From Chrysomallon squamiferum (lineage: Eukaryota > Animalia > Mollusca): 64,000 bases of DNA. This document shows positions 28,627 to 44,162 of this stretch, one piece after another. Below the pieces are notes generated by a model. That model did no database searches, had not been told where the DNA came from, and worked only from the letters and a program-made list of their open reading frames with translations. Position numbers and translations under genes: made by a program. The DNA lies in the NCBI GenBank assembly GCA_012295275.1, contig CM022676.1, positions 11,408,001-11,472,000 of the forward strand. Reading direction: 5' to 3'. Position 1 is the first letter of the stretch. Each line of letters begins with the position of its first letter.

Positions 28627-30819
28627 GTTTGTATATCTTACATCTTACCTAGCTAATGCAGGGTGTCTATATATATAGTTATCTGTGTGTAATATAATAG
28701 TTAATATACTACCCATATAGTACATAGTTTACACATTACCTAGCTAATACAGGGTGTTTATACACTACCTGTATGTAATATATAGTTAATATACTACCTA
28801 TATATTACATACAGTATATTAATATGTTATATCAAATTTATTATACACTACTTGTATGTCAAATTTATATATACTACATACTGCTCTCTATACATTACTT
28901 AAATACACACTTCCATACAGTGTATTATTTACATACAATTGATATATACACTGTGCATATATATTACTTGTAAGTCATCCATTTTTGTTATTTATACCTA
29001 ATACTTTCATATTGCATATATTACATATATATTACCTATAGAACCTTTCAGTTTTAAGTACTTACTACTTATAATTTATATATGTATATTACATAAGTTA
29101 CAATATACAGCTATTTTATATATTACCTTCACATACTTAAAACATCTTACATACACCTGTTATATACCATTTATTTCTCCCTCTCTCTCTCTCTCTCTCT
29201 CCTATTTTATAGCCTTTCTTTTCACAGTCATTTTTAAGATTATTTTATTGCTGTGTTACTGTTACAAAATCTGCTTTTTCTTTTTTCTTTTCTTGTTTTT
29301 GTTAACTGAGAAGTGTTGACGTTCGTCTTGTTGTGTTTGGACAGGAAAAAACATGTAAAACTTAACACTTTATAAAACATTTACCTCTGTCTGACCTACA
29401 TAATATCTGCTTAGACTGAAACCTTGTGTTTATAGTGTGTGTGTTTGTGTGTGTTTACATCATTTAGGTTAGTGTGTTTGTGTGTGTTTACATCATTTAG
29501 ATTAGTGTGTTTGTGTGTGTTTTTGTGTGTTTACATCAGTCGGTATAGTGTGTCTCTTTTTACATCATTTAATATAGTGTGTTTGTGTATGTGTGTGTGT
29601 GTGTTTTTTGTCTGTTTACATTATTTAGTATGTGTGTATGTTAGTGTGTTTACATTATTTAGTATGTATGTGTATGTTTGTGTATTTACTGTGTGTGTGT
29701 CTTTCTGTTTACATTATTTAGTGTGTGTGTGTGTGGCATTTAATACAGTGAATGTGTGAGTGTGTTTTTATGTGTTTTATGTAGTTCATTACCTGGAATA
29801 CAAAATCTGTGTCACTTGATACACATTTCGTGATCTTAATTTGAAAACAAAACAGAACTGAAAAACAACAACTCAGTAAAGTGAATTAGCATACAGGTAA
29901 TTAATATGCAAATTAAAGACGCAGAAGTCACACCTGGTACACGTGTACTCGTTGTAAGCCTGATGTTTCAGTGCGTACATAAGTAACACGCATGTTAGCT
30001 GTGTCGCGATCCAGATAACCTCACTTTCACTTCTCTGCGTTGTGTGCACTCACACACACTTGTTCAAAAATGATTCATTTTGTTAAAAAAAAAAGAGAGA
30101 GAAAGATGCAGTGCTTAAAAATCAATAATTTCATTCTTTAAAAATTCTGAAGAACATTTTGCAGCATGACAATGCAGTTTTGAAAATAACATTAGCATCA
30201 CGGCAACCTAATTCTTGTTTACAAGTATGTTTTGTTTTGTTGTTATTGTTTGTTTTGTTGTTTTTTCAAATGTAAATTATGATAAATGGGCTTTAATGAT
30301 ATTTTGAAAATTAAATTAGCATTAAAAGAAAAAAGACAGAAACAACAAAACAACAACAAAGAAAAAAACAAACAGTAATAATAATATAAAAAATAGTGTT
30401 TAGAACTAGACCTTTCAGTTTTTGATTTTGAATTAAATTCTAAGGTTTGAAAATAAAATTAACCATAATTAACAGAAAAATTAATTACATACCTTGAGAA
30501 ATTTTTAAAATATAAACATAAATAAAGGTTGGTCTATATAGTTTTGATAATGTCTCTTTGACATGAAATAAACACCAACTTCTGTTTAAAAGTATAATAG
30601 AAATATTTAACAGTATTGTATTAGAAAGTAATATGATGTATTTCATTTCAAACTGATGCTGTAGAGAAATAGACTAAAAAGTGATACACATTAAAAGTGC
30701 TGAAATATTTTAATTATTGAAGTGTAATGTGAATGATAACTGATAACATTTGAAGTGTGTTTTGTGTATTAGTTAAGTAAAGGGTCTGTTGAGATATAGG
30801 GGTACATTGATAATAATAC

Positions 30820-31516
30820 ATTTATACACTGGAATGTAATATAAAATATTTTGTTGAGATATAATAATAATACATGTATACACTGGAATGTGATATAATA
30901 ATACATGTATACATTGGAATGTGATATAAAATATTTAGATATATACACTGGAATATGATACACAGTGTTGAGATATAATTATATACACTGGAATGTTATA
31001 CACAGTGTTGAGATATAATAATTATATACACTGGAATGTGATACACAGTGTTAGATATAATAATGTATACACTGGAATGTTATACACAGTGTTGAGATAT
31101 AATAATTATATACACTGGAATGTGATACACAGTGTTAGATATAATAATGTATACACTGGAATGTGATACACAGTGTTAGATATAATAATGTATACACTGG
31201 AATGTGATACACAGTGTTGAGATATAATTATAGATATATACACTGGAATGTGATACACAGTGTTAGATATAATAATGTATACACTGGAATGTGATACACA
31301 GTGTTAGATATAATAATGTATACACTGGAATGTGATACACAGTGTTAGATATAATAATTATATACATTGGAATGTGATACACAGTGTTAGATATAATAAT
31401 TATATACATTGGAATGTGATACACAGTGTTGAGATATAATAATTATATACATTGGAATGTTATACACAGTGTTAGATATAATAATGTATACACTGGAATG
31501 TGATACACAGTGTTAG
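30820..31516. repeat. ~40-41-bp minisatellite, ~16 copies
   Basis: TATACACTGGAATGTGATACACAGTGTT(G)AGATATAATAAT repeated. Confidence 0.93.
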
Positions 31517-32172
31517 CTACACAGTAAATTAAATGTACTCAGGTTGACTGGGAAGGCAGCTGGTGTGATATTGATTCAGTTACAGTAAACATCTTGTTTG
31601 TGTACATTTCTTACATATTTTCCCTTTACACAGCATGTCAGCATGCAGCCATGGACTGGTGGTTCTGTTTGAGAGAGTCAGAGACAGACAGAGAGACAGA
31701 GAGACGGAGAGAGAGAGTTTTTATGAGAGGGATGGAGAGAGTGATTCAGGTTGTATGAAAGAGAGAGTACATGTATGAAACTGCATGTATTATATACGTT
31801 TGATAATGAGGTGTGTGTGTGTGTGTGTGTGTGTGTGATAATTGCGAAGAAATTCAAAATAAATTTCGAAACTTAATTGCTACTTACTACCTCCAAAAAT
31901 ACACAAAAAATTTCCATATAGGAAAAAAACAAAAAGCATGGTATGAAAAATTTCCATTTATGGAAAGAAACAAAGAGAGTGGTATGAAAAAGAGATTGAA
32001 AAGATTACAAGTGGAAAGTGAACATGATACAGATGTGTTGATTAGCAGTGACGTGTGTCACCTCACACAGGTCAGATTAGTGTCACATGACCTGTCAGTT
32101 ATCTGCTGTATCTAGAGTTACATACTGTGACCTGTATGTCTCCAGTTACATACTCACTGTGGTAACAACGTG

Positions 32173-32221
<49 letters not shown>

Positions 32222-32822
32222 TGCGTGTGTTTGTGTGTGTGTGTCTGTTTTCTGTGTGTGTCTGTGTTTTCTGTCTCTGTGTGTGTGTGTCTATGTGTGT
32301 AGTTAGCAGGTAGTGACTGTTGTTATGTAATGACTAGTTATCATTTAGGGACTAGTTAATATGTAGTAATTGTAGTTAATAAACAGTGAATATGTGTCTG
32401 TAGTTGACACCTGTATTCATTTCAGAGTGACAGGTGTGTAATTAATTGTTTACAGTGTTTAAACTTAAATTTAAAACTGTTAACACTGAAATCTGATATG
32501 TAAACATTGTTTTATCTGCAGTTTGAAGTAACTGTAGTAATGTTCAGAACACAGTAATAACAAATTAAAAAAAATAATAATAAAAAAATAGAAAAAGCAA
32601 AAAAAAAAAAAAAATATAAATAATAATAATAATAACAAAAAATAGAAAACGAAAATGAAGAAGAAAGGTAAAGGAAACTTGGCCTACAACAGTTGATGAT
32701 GTAAACGAGGTCACTGCATCAAGTGTGCCAGTCTGCGACGTTGTGTCACTGTGACCTCTGTCTGTGAAATCCTGCCTAACAAAACCTGCACTGAACAAAT
32801 AAAACGTGCACCGCTTCCCCTC

Positions 32823-33050
32823 AAACCAGCCTCAGAAACCAGCCTCAGAAACCAGCCTCAGAAACCAGCCTCAGAAACCAGCCTCAGAAACCAGCCTCAG
32901 AAACCAGCCTCAGAAACCAGCCTCAGAAACCAGCCTCAGAAACCAGCCTCAGAAACCAGCTTCAGAAACCAGCCTCAGAAACCAGCTTCAGAAACCAGCT
33001 TCAGAAACCAGCCTCAGAAACCAGCCTCAAACCAGCCTCAGAAACCAGCT
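32823..33050. repeat. 13-bp minisatellite, ~17 copies
   Basis: AAACCAGCCTCAG repeated; explains the ORFs at 32751 and 32806. Confidence 0.95.
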
Positions 33051-33096
33051 TGTAAACACGAGAACAGCAAATTATTGTACATTCCTGTGTGCACTA

Positions 33097-33132
<36 letters not shown>

Positions 33133-33696
33133 GTAACAACAACTTTAATAAAAATTGCAATAATAGTAATATTATTATTATTACTTCCACTACTACTACT
33201 ACTACTACTACTAATAATAATAATAATAATTATAATAATATTAATAGCTATAGAAGCAGTATCAGCAGTAATAATACCGAAAAGGAACAATAATAATAAT
33301 AATAATAATTTAAAAAAGGAAGAAAGAAATGAAACAACAAGAGTAACAACAACAGATAAGATTACATCTGGAACACTTCTGTTTAAAGTGAATGTGGCTC
33401 AGATTAATATATTTTTTTTTTATCTCACTTGCTATCGTCTTCTGTTATCTGAAAGTTCAAGTTTGACATAAGATGTTTCGGTAATCATAAAAAAGAGTTA
33501 TTTTATCAGCTCTTGTAATTAAAGTATTGTAAATCCTGTGTCTGTACGAATGTCTGTATTTACAAGTATACTTTGTAGGAGGGGATGTTTGCTTTGTGAA
33601 AAGTTACTAGTACATTAAAGATGTTTATGTTGTCAGTGTCTGATAGCATCATTGCACCCTGTGATTTGAGGAATGTGTCATTTTAGATACAAAAAC

Positions 33697-34380
33697 AAGA
33701 AGGAATATTTCATATTTATATTAAAGAAGGAATATTTCATATTTACATTACAGAAGGAATATCTCATATTTACATTACAGAAGGAATATTTCATGTACAC
33801 CACAAAAGGAATATTTTTTATGTTGTAGAAAGGAATATAATTGTTACAGTATATGAAGGAATGTTATATGACAAAGTAGAAATGGACAGTTCTGGATTTA
33901 ACACTATTTAGGAAGGAATAAAGTACAGTTAAGGAAGGAATATTTTGTGTTAAAGTTTATAAAGGAATTTTTTGTTACCATGAACAAACAAAATATTCTG
34001 GACTACTACTCAGGCAGGAATATTATATTCAATCGAGGAAATAATCCATTAAAATGCACCACTTAGGAAGGAATATTTTCTGTATTATGACAAGAAGGAA
34101 TTTGCTGTTACAATGCAGGAAGGAATATTTTGTATGACATGTTTTACTGACAAAAGAAGTATTGTGTATAAAATTTAGCAATAAATATTCTGTTGGGTGC
34201 AATGTAAGAAGGAACATTTTGTGTTTCTACTATTTGGAAAGGAATATTATGTGTTGTATATAATTTAGGAAGGAATATTTTGTATTGTACATAAAATAGG
34301 AAGGACTATTTTGTATTGTATACAATATACGAAGGACTGGTTTGTGCTGTATACAATACAGAAAGGACTATTTTGTGTTG
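33697..34380. repeat. Highly degenerate tandem repeat with GAAGGAATATTT core
   Basis: AAGGAATATTT-like core recurs every ~28-40 bp. Confidence 0.7.
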
Positions 34381-34710
34381 TATTTCACTTGTTTAGTAAC
34401 AGCCAGTGATATACTCGACTCAGTGTGCAGTACAGACTTTATTTGTAACAAATGGGGATTGTCAAATGGGGATCGTTTACGAGTGCAGTAATCGATAACT
34501 TACCTACCACCCAGTGTCTGTGGAAAGTCTTCTGTTGACAGACTCAATGAAACACTCAGCCAGTGAAAAACACTCACAGATTCATTCACTGTCAACAATA
34601 AACTTATACTTTCATGTTTAACTTATTTTAATAGATAATAGATAATAGATACACCCGCGTTTGTACTCAAAGCATATATAAATATATATATATATATTAC
34701 ATATATATAT

Positions 34711-34748
<38 letters not shown>

Positions 34749-34885
34749 CATACTTATTTAGGAGATGTTTAATTAATCCATTACTTCATCTGATATTTCA
34801 CACGTTTATTAAATGGACATGGATATATATTGTAACAGTAACCTTTTGATGTGTCTACACACACACTACTGCATAGTCACATACA

Positions 34886-34962
<77 letters not shown>

Positions 34963-36039
34963 CACAGACACAGTATTTGTGGCTACTGGGCTATAGCATA
35001 AAGCAGAGCAGTAACAGTTACAATGTTTAAATTATAATTTAAACAGTAAATACTAGAGGGTGAGATAACTGCAGTATGTGACTAAGATGCAATAAAGACA
35101 GTTACTTGACCTAGTGAGTGACTAATTACATGTGTGTATTACTCACCACTTGTAACACTTAGTCTTTCAGCTACTGAGTAACACTTTTTTACAAGTGTCT
35201 GTTTGAAGTGTTTAACATACAGTAACACACAAACACATGCATACACGCAAACAGACATACACATGCATGCACACACATTTCTCTGTTTATTTTACACACA
35301 CACTATTTATTAAGATTTATAACAGGTGTATATTTATTTAATAAGATGTTTCCTTACAAGAGTAAATTCCTCACATACACACAACTCTACTGTGCTGTGT
35401 TTTATCTGTGTTGGTGACTAAACTAGTGACTGTCACTATTAGTGTCCAGTTGTGAGGAATGTCATGTCTTCTCAGTCTGTGTGTCAGTCTGTCTGTCTGT
35501 CACAGTGACACAGACCAGTAATTACAACATGTAGGTGTAATCTTAAATGTAGGTATGTCTTTAGTGTTAACAAACCTACCTGTTTCAAGATGTATGTGCA
35601 ATATGTAAGTATGTTAATGTTCACTAAATACAACATATATATATATATACCTGTATAAAGTATACTAAAAACATCTACATGGGAGTGGATATCTAAAGAA
35701 AAATATGCATACTACATATAACATTACACATATATCTAAATACTTAAATATATCATCTGTACATACATTATACTAAAACACATACCTCCATATAAACCAG
35801 TAAATGGCTAAACACAACCACAGATACCTACACACAAATGTACATACCTACAGACAAATAAACACAGAAACTGAAACTAGTACATACAGATTTTATTTTT
35901 CTGATACAGAAATTTCCGAGTGCTTTGGAACCAAAGTGTGATTGTTACCCAGTTTGATTGTTAAGCATTTTAGTCCATTTCCTACCTGTGTCTCTGTGTT
36001 TGCTCAGCTTCATTTTGCTATTTATTTAACACACATTTT

Positions 36040-36980
36040 TTTATTTACCTGTACACCTACATTTACTTTATTTACTTTATTTACCTGTATACTTATTTTA
36101 CTTTATTTACCTGTAGATCTATATTTACTTTATTTACCTGTACACCTACATTTTTTTTATTTTACCTGTACACCTACATTTACTTTATTATTTTACCTGT
36201 ACACCTACATTTACTTTATTTACCTGTACACCTACATTTACTTTTACTTACCTGTACACCTACATTTACTTTATTTATCTCTATACCTACATTTTACTTT
36301 ATTTATCTCTATACCTACACTCCTTTATTTTTTTACCTGTACACCTACATTTACTTTACTTACCTGTACACCTACATTTTTACTTTATTTACCTGTAATC
36401 CTACATTTACTTTATTTACCTTATTTACCATTTACCTTATTTACCTGTACACCTACATTTGCTTTACTTACCTGTACACCTACATTTACTTTACTTACCT
36501 GTACACCTACATTTACCTTATTTACCTGTACACCTACATTTACTTTACTTACCTGTACACCTACATTTACTTTATTTATCTCTATACCTACATTTACTTT
36601 ATTTACCTGTACACCTACATTTACTTTACTTACCTGTACACCTACATTTACTTTATTTACCTGTATACCTACATTTACTTTATTTACCTGTACACCTACA
36701 TTTACTTTATTTACCTTATTTACCTGTACACCTACATTTGCTTTACTTACCTGTACACCTACATTTACTTTATTTACCTGTACACCTACATTTACTTTAT
36801 TTACCTGTACACCTACATTTACTTTATTTACCTGTACACCTACATTTACTTTATTTACCTGTACACCTACATTTACTTTATTTACCTGTACACCTACATT
36901 TACTTTACTTACCTGTACACCTACATTTACTTTATTTATCTGTATTTACCTACAGAGAGGCTGTGTACACCTACATTTGC
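36040..36980. repeat. 27-bp minisatellite array
   Basis: TTTACCTGTACACCTACATTTACTTTA repeated ~30x; explains ORFs 35942..37081 and 36459..37076. Confidence 0.95.
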
Positions 36981-37100
36981 TTTGTTTGTGTGTGTGTGTA
37001 CACCTACATTGTGTGTATTTATCTCTATGTGTACATTTACTATGTGTACTTGTCTGCATGTGTACATTTCTCTTAATATGATGTTTTTGCATATTTGGTT

Positions 37101-37151
<51 letters not shown>

Positions 37152-37679
37152 AGCATGTGTACATGTCTCTTAATACGATGTTTTTGCATATTTGGTTGAT
37201 TCAGTGTGTGTGTGTGTGTGTGTGTGTGTGTTAAAAATACATGTACTAACAGACACACTGATAGGTGATGTTATTCTGAAATCCTTTTGTGTTTTAATGT
37301 TAAAACTTTTTTTTACTGCATTTAAAATATTTAATTTTTTTTTTTAAATTTCTTATTTTTTTAACAACAGAAACAGAATTTTTTTTACTTAGTTGAAAAT
37401 ATGACCTTGAGATTATATATAGATTGTTGTGGGGTGAACGACCTTGGATGAAAACAGCTGCAGTGTTTACTTGTGGTATTAACCTAATTAGTGTGTGTTA
37501 ATATCTCGTTTATTTATACCTGTACCTCACCTGTCCACTTACCTACATACAGAGGTGTATGAGAGAGAGTGTGTGTGCGTGTGTGTGTATATTGTTAGTG
37601 TATCTGGGTCACACAGTCTGGAACACACAGATTTAGTCTGACTGAATTACACAGCACCTCACTGGTCTCACATCACAGT

Positions 37680-40395
37680 ACTCTCTCTACATCTCTGTGT
37701 ATTTCTCTCTCTACATCTCTGTGTGTGTATTTCTCTCTACATGTCTGTGTATTTCTCTCTCTACATGTCTGTGTGTATTTATCTCTACATGTCTGTGTGT
37801 ATTTCTGTACAGTGTACATGTCTGTGTGTATTTCTCTCTACATGTCTGTGTATTTCTCTCTCTACATCTCTGTGTGTGTATTTCTCTCTACATGTCTGTA
37901 TTTCTCTCTACATGTCTGTGTGTATTTCTCTCTCTACATCTCTGTGTGTGTGTATTTCTCTCTACATGTCTGTGTATTTTCTCTCTACATGTCTGTGTGT
38001 ATTTATCTCTACATGTCTGTGTGTATTTCTCCCACAGTGTCATGTCTGTGTGTATTTCTCCACATGTCTGTGTGTATTTCTCTCTACATGTCTGTGTGTA
38101 TTTCTCTCTACATGTCTGTGTGTGTATTTTCTCTACATGTCTGTGTGTATTTATCTCTACATGTCTGTGTGTATTTCTGTACAGTGTCTGTGTCTATTTC
38201 TCTCTACATGTCTGTGTGTATTTCTCTCACATGTCTGTGTGTATTTTCTCTCTACTTGTCTATGTGTGTATTTCTCTCTACATGTCTGTGTGTATTTTCT
38301 CTACATGTCTATGTGTGTATTTCTCACATGTCTGTGTGTGTTTTTCTCTACACATCTCTGTGTATTTCTCTCTCTACTTGTCTGTGTATTTCTCTCTACA
38401 TGTCTGTGTGTATTTCTCTCCACTTGTCTGTGTGTGTATTTTTCTCTCCCACTGTGTGTGTTTTTCTCTCTACTTGTCTGTGTGTGTATCTCTCTACATC
38501 TCTGTGTGTATTTCTCTCTACATCTGTCTGTGTGTATTTCTCTCTACATGTCTGTGTATTTTCTCTACTTGTCTCTGTGTGTATTTCTCTCTACATCTGT
38601 GTGTGTATTTTCTCTCACTTGTCTGTGTGTGTATTTTCTCTCTACATGTCTGTATTTCTCTCTACATGTCTGTGTGTGTATTTCTTTCTCTACATGTCTG
38701 TGTGTATTTCTCTCTCTACTTGTCTGTGTGTGTATTTCTCTCTACATCTGTGTGTGTATTTTCTCTCTATACTTGTCTGTGTGTGTTTCTCTCTACATCT
38801 GTGTATTTCTCTCTATATGTGTCTGTGTGTTTCTCTCTCTACTTGTCTGTGTGTGTATTTCTCTCTCTACTTGTCTGTGTATTTTCTCTCTCTACTTGTC
38901 TGTGTATTTCTCTCTACAAACAATGTGTATAGGTATGTGTGTATTTCTCTACAGTGTACATGTCTGTGTATTTCTCTCTACATGTCTGTGTGTGTATTTC
39001 TTTCTCTACATGTCTGTGTATTTTCTCTCTACTTGTCTGTGTGTGTATTTCTCTACATCTGTGTGTGTATTTCTCTACTTGTCTGTGTGTGTATTTCTCT
39101 CTACATCTCTGTGTATGTCTCTCTACTTGTCTGTGTGTGTATCTCTCTCTACTTATCTGTGTATTTCTCTCTACATCTGTGTGTATTTCTCTCTCTACTT
39201 GTCTGTGTGTGTATTTCTCTCTCTACTTGTCTGTGTGTATTTCTCTCTACAAACAATGTGTATAGGTATGTGTGTATTTCTCTACAGTGTACATATCTGT
39301 CTATTTCTCTCTACAAGTAATGTGTACATGTCTGTGTATTTCTATCTACAAGTAATGTGTTCAGGTATGTGTATTTCTCTCTACAAGTAATGTGTACATG
39401 TCTGTGTATTTCTCTATCTACATGTCTGTGTGTATTTCTCTACAAGTACTATGTATATGTATGTGTGTATTTCTCTATAAGTAATATGTATAGGTATGTG
39501 TATTTCTCTATAAGTAATATGTATAGGTATGTGTGTATTTCTCTCTGCAAGTAATTTGTATAGGTATGTGTGTGTATTTCTCTACAAGTAATGTGTATAT
39601 GTATGTGTGTATTTCTCTACAAGTAATATGTATAGGTATGTGTATTTCTATCTACAAGTAATATATACATGTCTGTGTATTTCTCTCTACAAGTAATGTG
39701 TATAGGTATGTGTGTATTTATCTACAAGTAATGTGTATAGGTATGTGTATTTCTACAAGTAATGTGTACAGGTATGTGTGTATTTATCTACAAGTAATGT
39801 GTATAGATATGTGTGTGTATTTATCTACAAGTAATGTGTATAGGTATGTGTGTATTTATCTACAAGTAATGTGTATAGATATGTGTGTGTATTTATCTAC
39901 AAGTAATGTGTATAGGTATGTGTGTGTGTATTTACAAGTAATGTGTACAAGTATGTGTATTTCTCTACAAGTAATGTGTACAAGTATGTGTGTATTTATC
40001 TACAAGTAATGTGTACAGGTATGTGTGTATTTATCTACAAGTAATGTGTATAGATATGTGTGTGTGTGTATTTACAAGTAATGTGTACAAGTATGTGTAC
40101 ATTTCTCTACAAATAATGTGTATAGATATGTGTGCATTTCTCAAGTAATAATGTGTATAGGTATGTGTATTTCTCTAAGTAATGTGTATAGGTATGTGTA
40201 TTTCTGTATAAGTAATGTATTTCTCTCTATAAGTAATGTGTACAGGTATGTGTATTTCTCTACAAGTAATGTGTACAGGTATGTGTATTTCTCTATAAGT
40301 AATGCATATAGGTATGTGTGTGTATTTCTCTATAAGTAATACATATAGGTATGTGTGTGTATTTCTCTACAAGTAATGTGTACAGGTATGTGTGT
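37680..40395. repeat. 2.7-kb compound minisatellite (TGTGTATTTCTCTCTACATGTC grading into TACAAGTAATGTGTATAGGTATGTGTGTATTT)
   Basis: Read directly; explains the 411/555/531-aa Cys/Val/Leu/Ser pseudo-ORFs open in all three frames. Confidence 0.95.
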
Positions 40396-41061
40396 CTGTG
40401 TGTTTGTTTCTAGGGAGTGTCATGTTTTTCTAAGTGAGAGGGCAGTTTTGTGAAACATCTGTTCATTTCCACTTGGAATTTTTATAATTGTAAAGTACAC
40501 AGAGTGAGTAAGATAAATGTACAGATTGATTTAAAAATGAAAGAAAACAAAACAAAAAGTTTCTTCTGGGTAAAGAGGTAAATTAATGAGTTTGTTTGTT
40601 GTTTACTTTACTGACAATTCTCTCTTCAAACATAACTTTTGTTTGTGGGGTCGTTTGTTGTTGTTTTTAAAACAGTTTGATGTGAAAACTGCACAGTAAT
40701 AAAAAAGTAAATAATAATAATAATAATAATAATAATTTGAGTAGTACTACTGCTGCTGTTACAGCTACCATTACCAGCGCTGCTACTATTACATCTACGT
40801 CTATCACCATTAGTGATAATGCTAATTAAAACAGATTTAACTGGATGAAACAAGTGACATCACCCACAGATAAACAGTTAAACATGTGAAGTGGGTAATC
40901 TAGAGCCCCCCCTCCCACTGATAATAATGTCAAGTGGATACAGCAGACGCTGAACAAAAAAAAAATCAATGAGTGGAGCACCACATTGGAGGAATGAGCC
41001 AAAAACAAACCAGTGGCAGCAGACAGTGAGTGGGTCAGGTTAGCCTGACACCTGTTGACTG

Positions 41062-41576
41062 ACTGCTTCTTTTAATCTACATCTCTCTCTCTTGTTGCTT
41101 CTTTTAATCTACATCTCTCTCTGTTGTTGCTTCTTTTAATCTACATCTCTCTCTGTTGTTGCTTGTCTCTCTCTCTCTCTGTTGCTTGTTTTTAATCTAC
41201 ATCTCTCTCTCTCTCTCTGTTTGTTTTAATCTACATCTCTACTCTCTCTGTTGTTTGTTTTAATCTACATCTCTCTCTGTTGTTGCTTGTTTTAATCTAC
41301 ATCTCTCTGTTGTTGCTTGTTTTAATCTACATCTTTCTCTCTCTGTTGTTTTAATCTACATCTCTCTCTCTGTTGTTGCTTGTTTTAATCTACATCTCTC
41401 TCTCTCGTTGCTTGTTTTAATCTACATCTCTCTCTGTTGTTGTTTTAATCTACATCTCTGTTGTTGTTTTAATCTACATCTTTACTCTCTCTCTCTCTCT
41501 CTCTTTGCTTCTTTTTCTCTCTCTGTCTTTCTCTCTCTCTGTTGTTCTCTTCTTTCTTTCTCTGTTGTTCTTGTTT

Positions 41577-41580
<4 letters not shown>
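41062..41580. repeat. ~33-bp variable minisatellite
   Basis: TTTTAATCTACATCTCTCTCTGTTGTTGCTTG repeated with variable (CT)n. Confidence 0.9.
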
Positions 41581-41651
<71 letters not shown>

Positions 41652-42227
41652 GCATGCACCAATTTTGTAATTGTCAGTGGCAGTAGTAGTAGTAGTAGTA
41701 GTAATGGTGGTGGTAGTCCAAACAGCAACATTAACAGCATTAGTACTTGCAGTAGTGTTAATAATAGTTGTAACAGCATATGTGCTGTAACACGTGTTAG
41801 TTGCAGTAATAATATTAATAGTAGTAGTTGTAGCAGTAGCAGCAGCAACAGAAGCTGGTGTAGTATTTTTATGTTTTGTTGCAGAAATTATTTCTTTTTC
41901 AAATTATTTTTTATTACGACATTTTCTCTCACTTTTTTCGTCTTGTAAAACTTGTAAGATGGCTGCTGATAAAAACATTTAGAAACTTTACAAACTCCTG
42001 TCTAGACAGCTGTCCCTCCAGGAAGAGAAATATCAGTTCAGTGTTAGAGATAAAAAGAAGGAGAGCCGAATTCTTCTTTTTCTTTTTTTTTTTAGATGCC
42101 ATTATGGGACATTTAGTGCTTTGATATTGAAAAAAAAAAAAAAAAAATAAAAAAAAAAAAAAAAAAAAATAAAATAAAATAAAATAATAATAATAATAAT
42201 AATAATAATTAATAAAAATTAATAATC

Positions 42228-42269
<42 letters not shown>

Positions 42270-44112
42270 ATAGAAAGAAAAAAAAGGAAAAAGAAATATT
42301 TAAACAGATTGTTGATAAAAGAAATGTTATTTAAAACAGTTATGCCAATTAGATTCAATTTAAAAATTAAAATGTAATTATTACTTTGTTCTGCTTCATT
42401 GGCTTTCTCGTCTGGGTTCATTCACCTGTTGCTGAGGTAAAAACAGCTACCTGTAATTGTCATGACAACGAATTGTGTCTGAGTTAATAATACCAGCATG
42501 TTGCATTGTTTGTAAACATATGTAGATTAGCTCGGGCTGCTGCCTTCTGATTGGTCGCTTCTTGTTGCCAGGGGTCACCTAGTGTAGATGTAATAGCCTG
42601 ACCAATATAACGTGACCTCTGATTGGTTAATTTGTGAAGTACGTACATGATCAGGCAGGTTCCTGTGCCTGTGTGTGCATGCATGTTCAGTCTGTCTGCG
42701 GTTACACACACAATGTGCTAAATACATCAATCTCCCAGTTGTTTTTAACCATTCCAACCCTGTCTCCTGACCAGTGTGAAGAAGAAAACGTTAATCATGA
42801 GTTGATGATAATTAAGTTAGTGATAATTTTTATAAAATGTTTCCATGTCTGATGAATTACTTTTAACATTCTTTCAAAAAGAGGAGGGTTTGTGAAATGC
42901 AAATGGGAGGGGGGAGGTGAGATTGATGTTCTCACAGTGCAGGTTTTATATGTATAGCTGAAAGGTTATCATGATGCCAAATATGAAGATTTTATTAAAA
43001 CAATTTAAAGAATGTGTCTTGTCTTTAAATTGTAAAATTGTTGTGAAATGTGAACTTCATGTTCATTCACTGTTTGAGGTAAATGATCGTCAGTGATTCA
43101 CACCTGTACACACCTGCACATACCTGTTCATACAGGTGATAACATAGTAACTGTATAACTAATATGACAAGACTCGAATCATTATTAACTGTTTTCTATA
43201 AGTAAACTGAGCAGACAACAATTTTTATTTATTTTTAATTTTCTGCTAAATATTACTGAAAACAGTTTCGTGTTGCTCTAGAAATCTACGCACAAGAAAA
43301 ACAGAAACACAAGAGAAATGTAATTATGAGATGTCGTTAGTTTACGGTTCAAACAGTTTTTCCCAATCCAGCAGTGTTCTCCTATTGATTTGTCAGATAT
43401 GAATAATATGGGGTTTTTTTTATAACAAAAGTGTTTGGAAAACATTTCTTGTTACTATGGTAACTTACACAGAATATTATTTGTTTAACAATTAATCAGG
43501 TGCAGATTGTTTAACTGTAAAAATATTATGTTAGTAAATGTTTGAATTAATATTGTGATTAAAAAAAAGCATTCACTTCAAAAATGTGGGTTGGGCTATT
43601 TTTTTTGTGACTCAGAGTGAAAAACTTGTAGGATTTCTGATTCACACTCAGCTTGTTGTTTCAACTTTTAAAACAAATAACTTTTGTTTGCAGAAAGTAA
43701 CAGTCAACTTTTGTCTTAAAGTGTTTTTGAAAAAACCAACAAATGTCTGATATAAATGACCAATTGTAATGGAATAAATAGAACCTATCTCTCTCGTACA
43801 CAGACACAGTCAAAAACCTGCCTCCACAGACAAACAAAACTATCTTCTGTTCACAAGTAAAATTAAAAACTGCTCTTCACTGCAACATAAATAACAATAA
43901 ATGTACGCAAACACATTCAGACACAAACACAATTTATATACACACTCTAAAACACAAACACACCATTAATATCTACTCACACCCACACACAAACACTCAC
44001 AACATTTCATACACATTTACATATATATACACAACTAAAAATAAATAAAAATAATAAAACTAAAAATAACAAAAGAAACCCAAGAACAATTATCAAAACA
44101 TGTTTATTTGTA

Positions 44113-44162
<50 letters not shown>

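Noticed and set aside
32751-33471. QPQKPASETSLRN repeat protein
   Set aside because: 13-bp unit gives the same peptide in all frames; runs into (AAT)n.
35942-37081. 379-aa ORF with FTCTPTFTL repeats
   Set aside because: Translation of a 27-bp minisatellite inside the DYRK1A 5' intron region.
37697-39390. Long ORFs of 411, 555 and 531 aa
   Set aside because: Open in all three frames of a stop-poor minisatellite; low-complexity translation, no domain.
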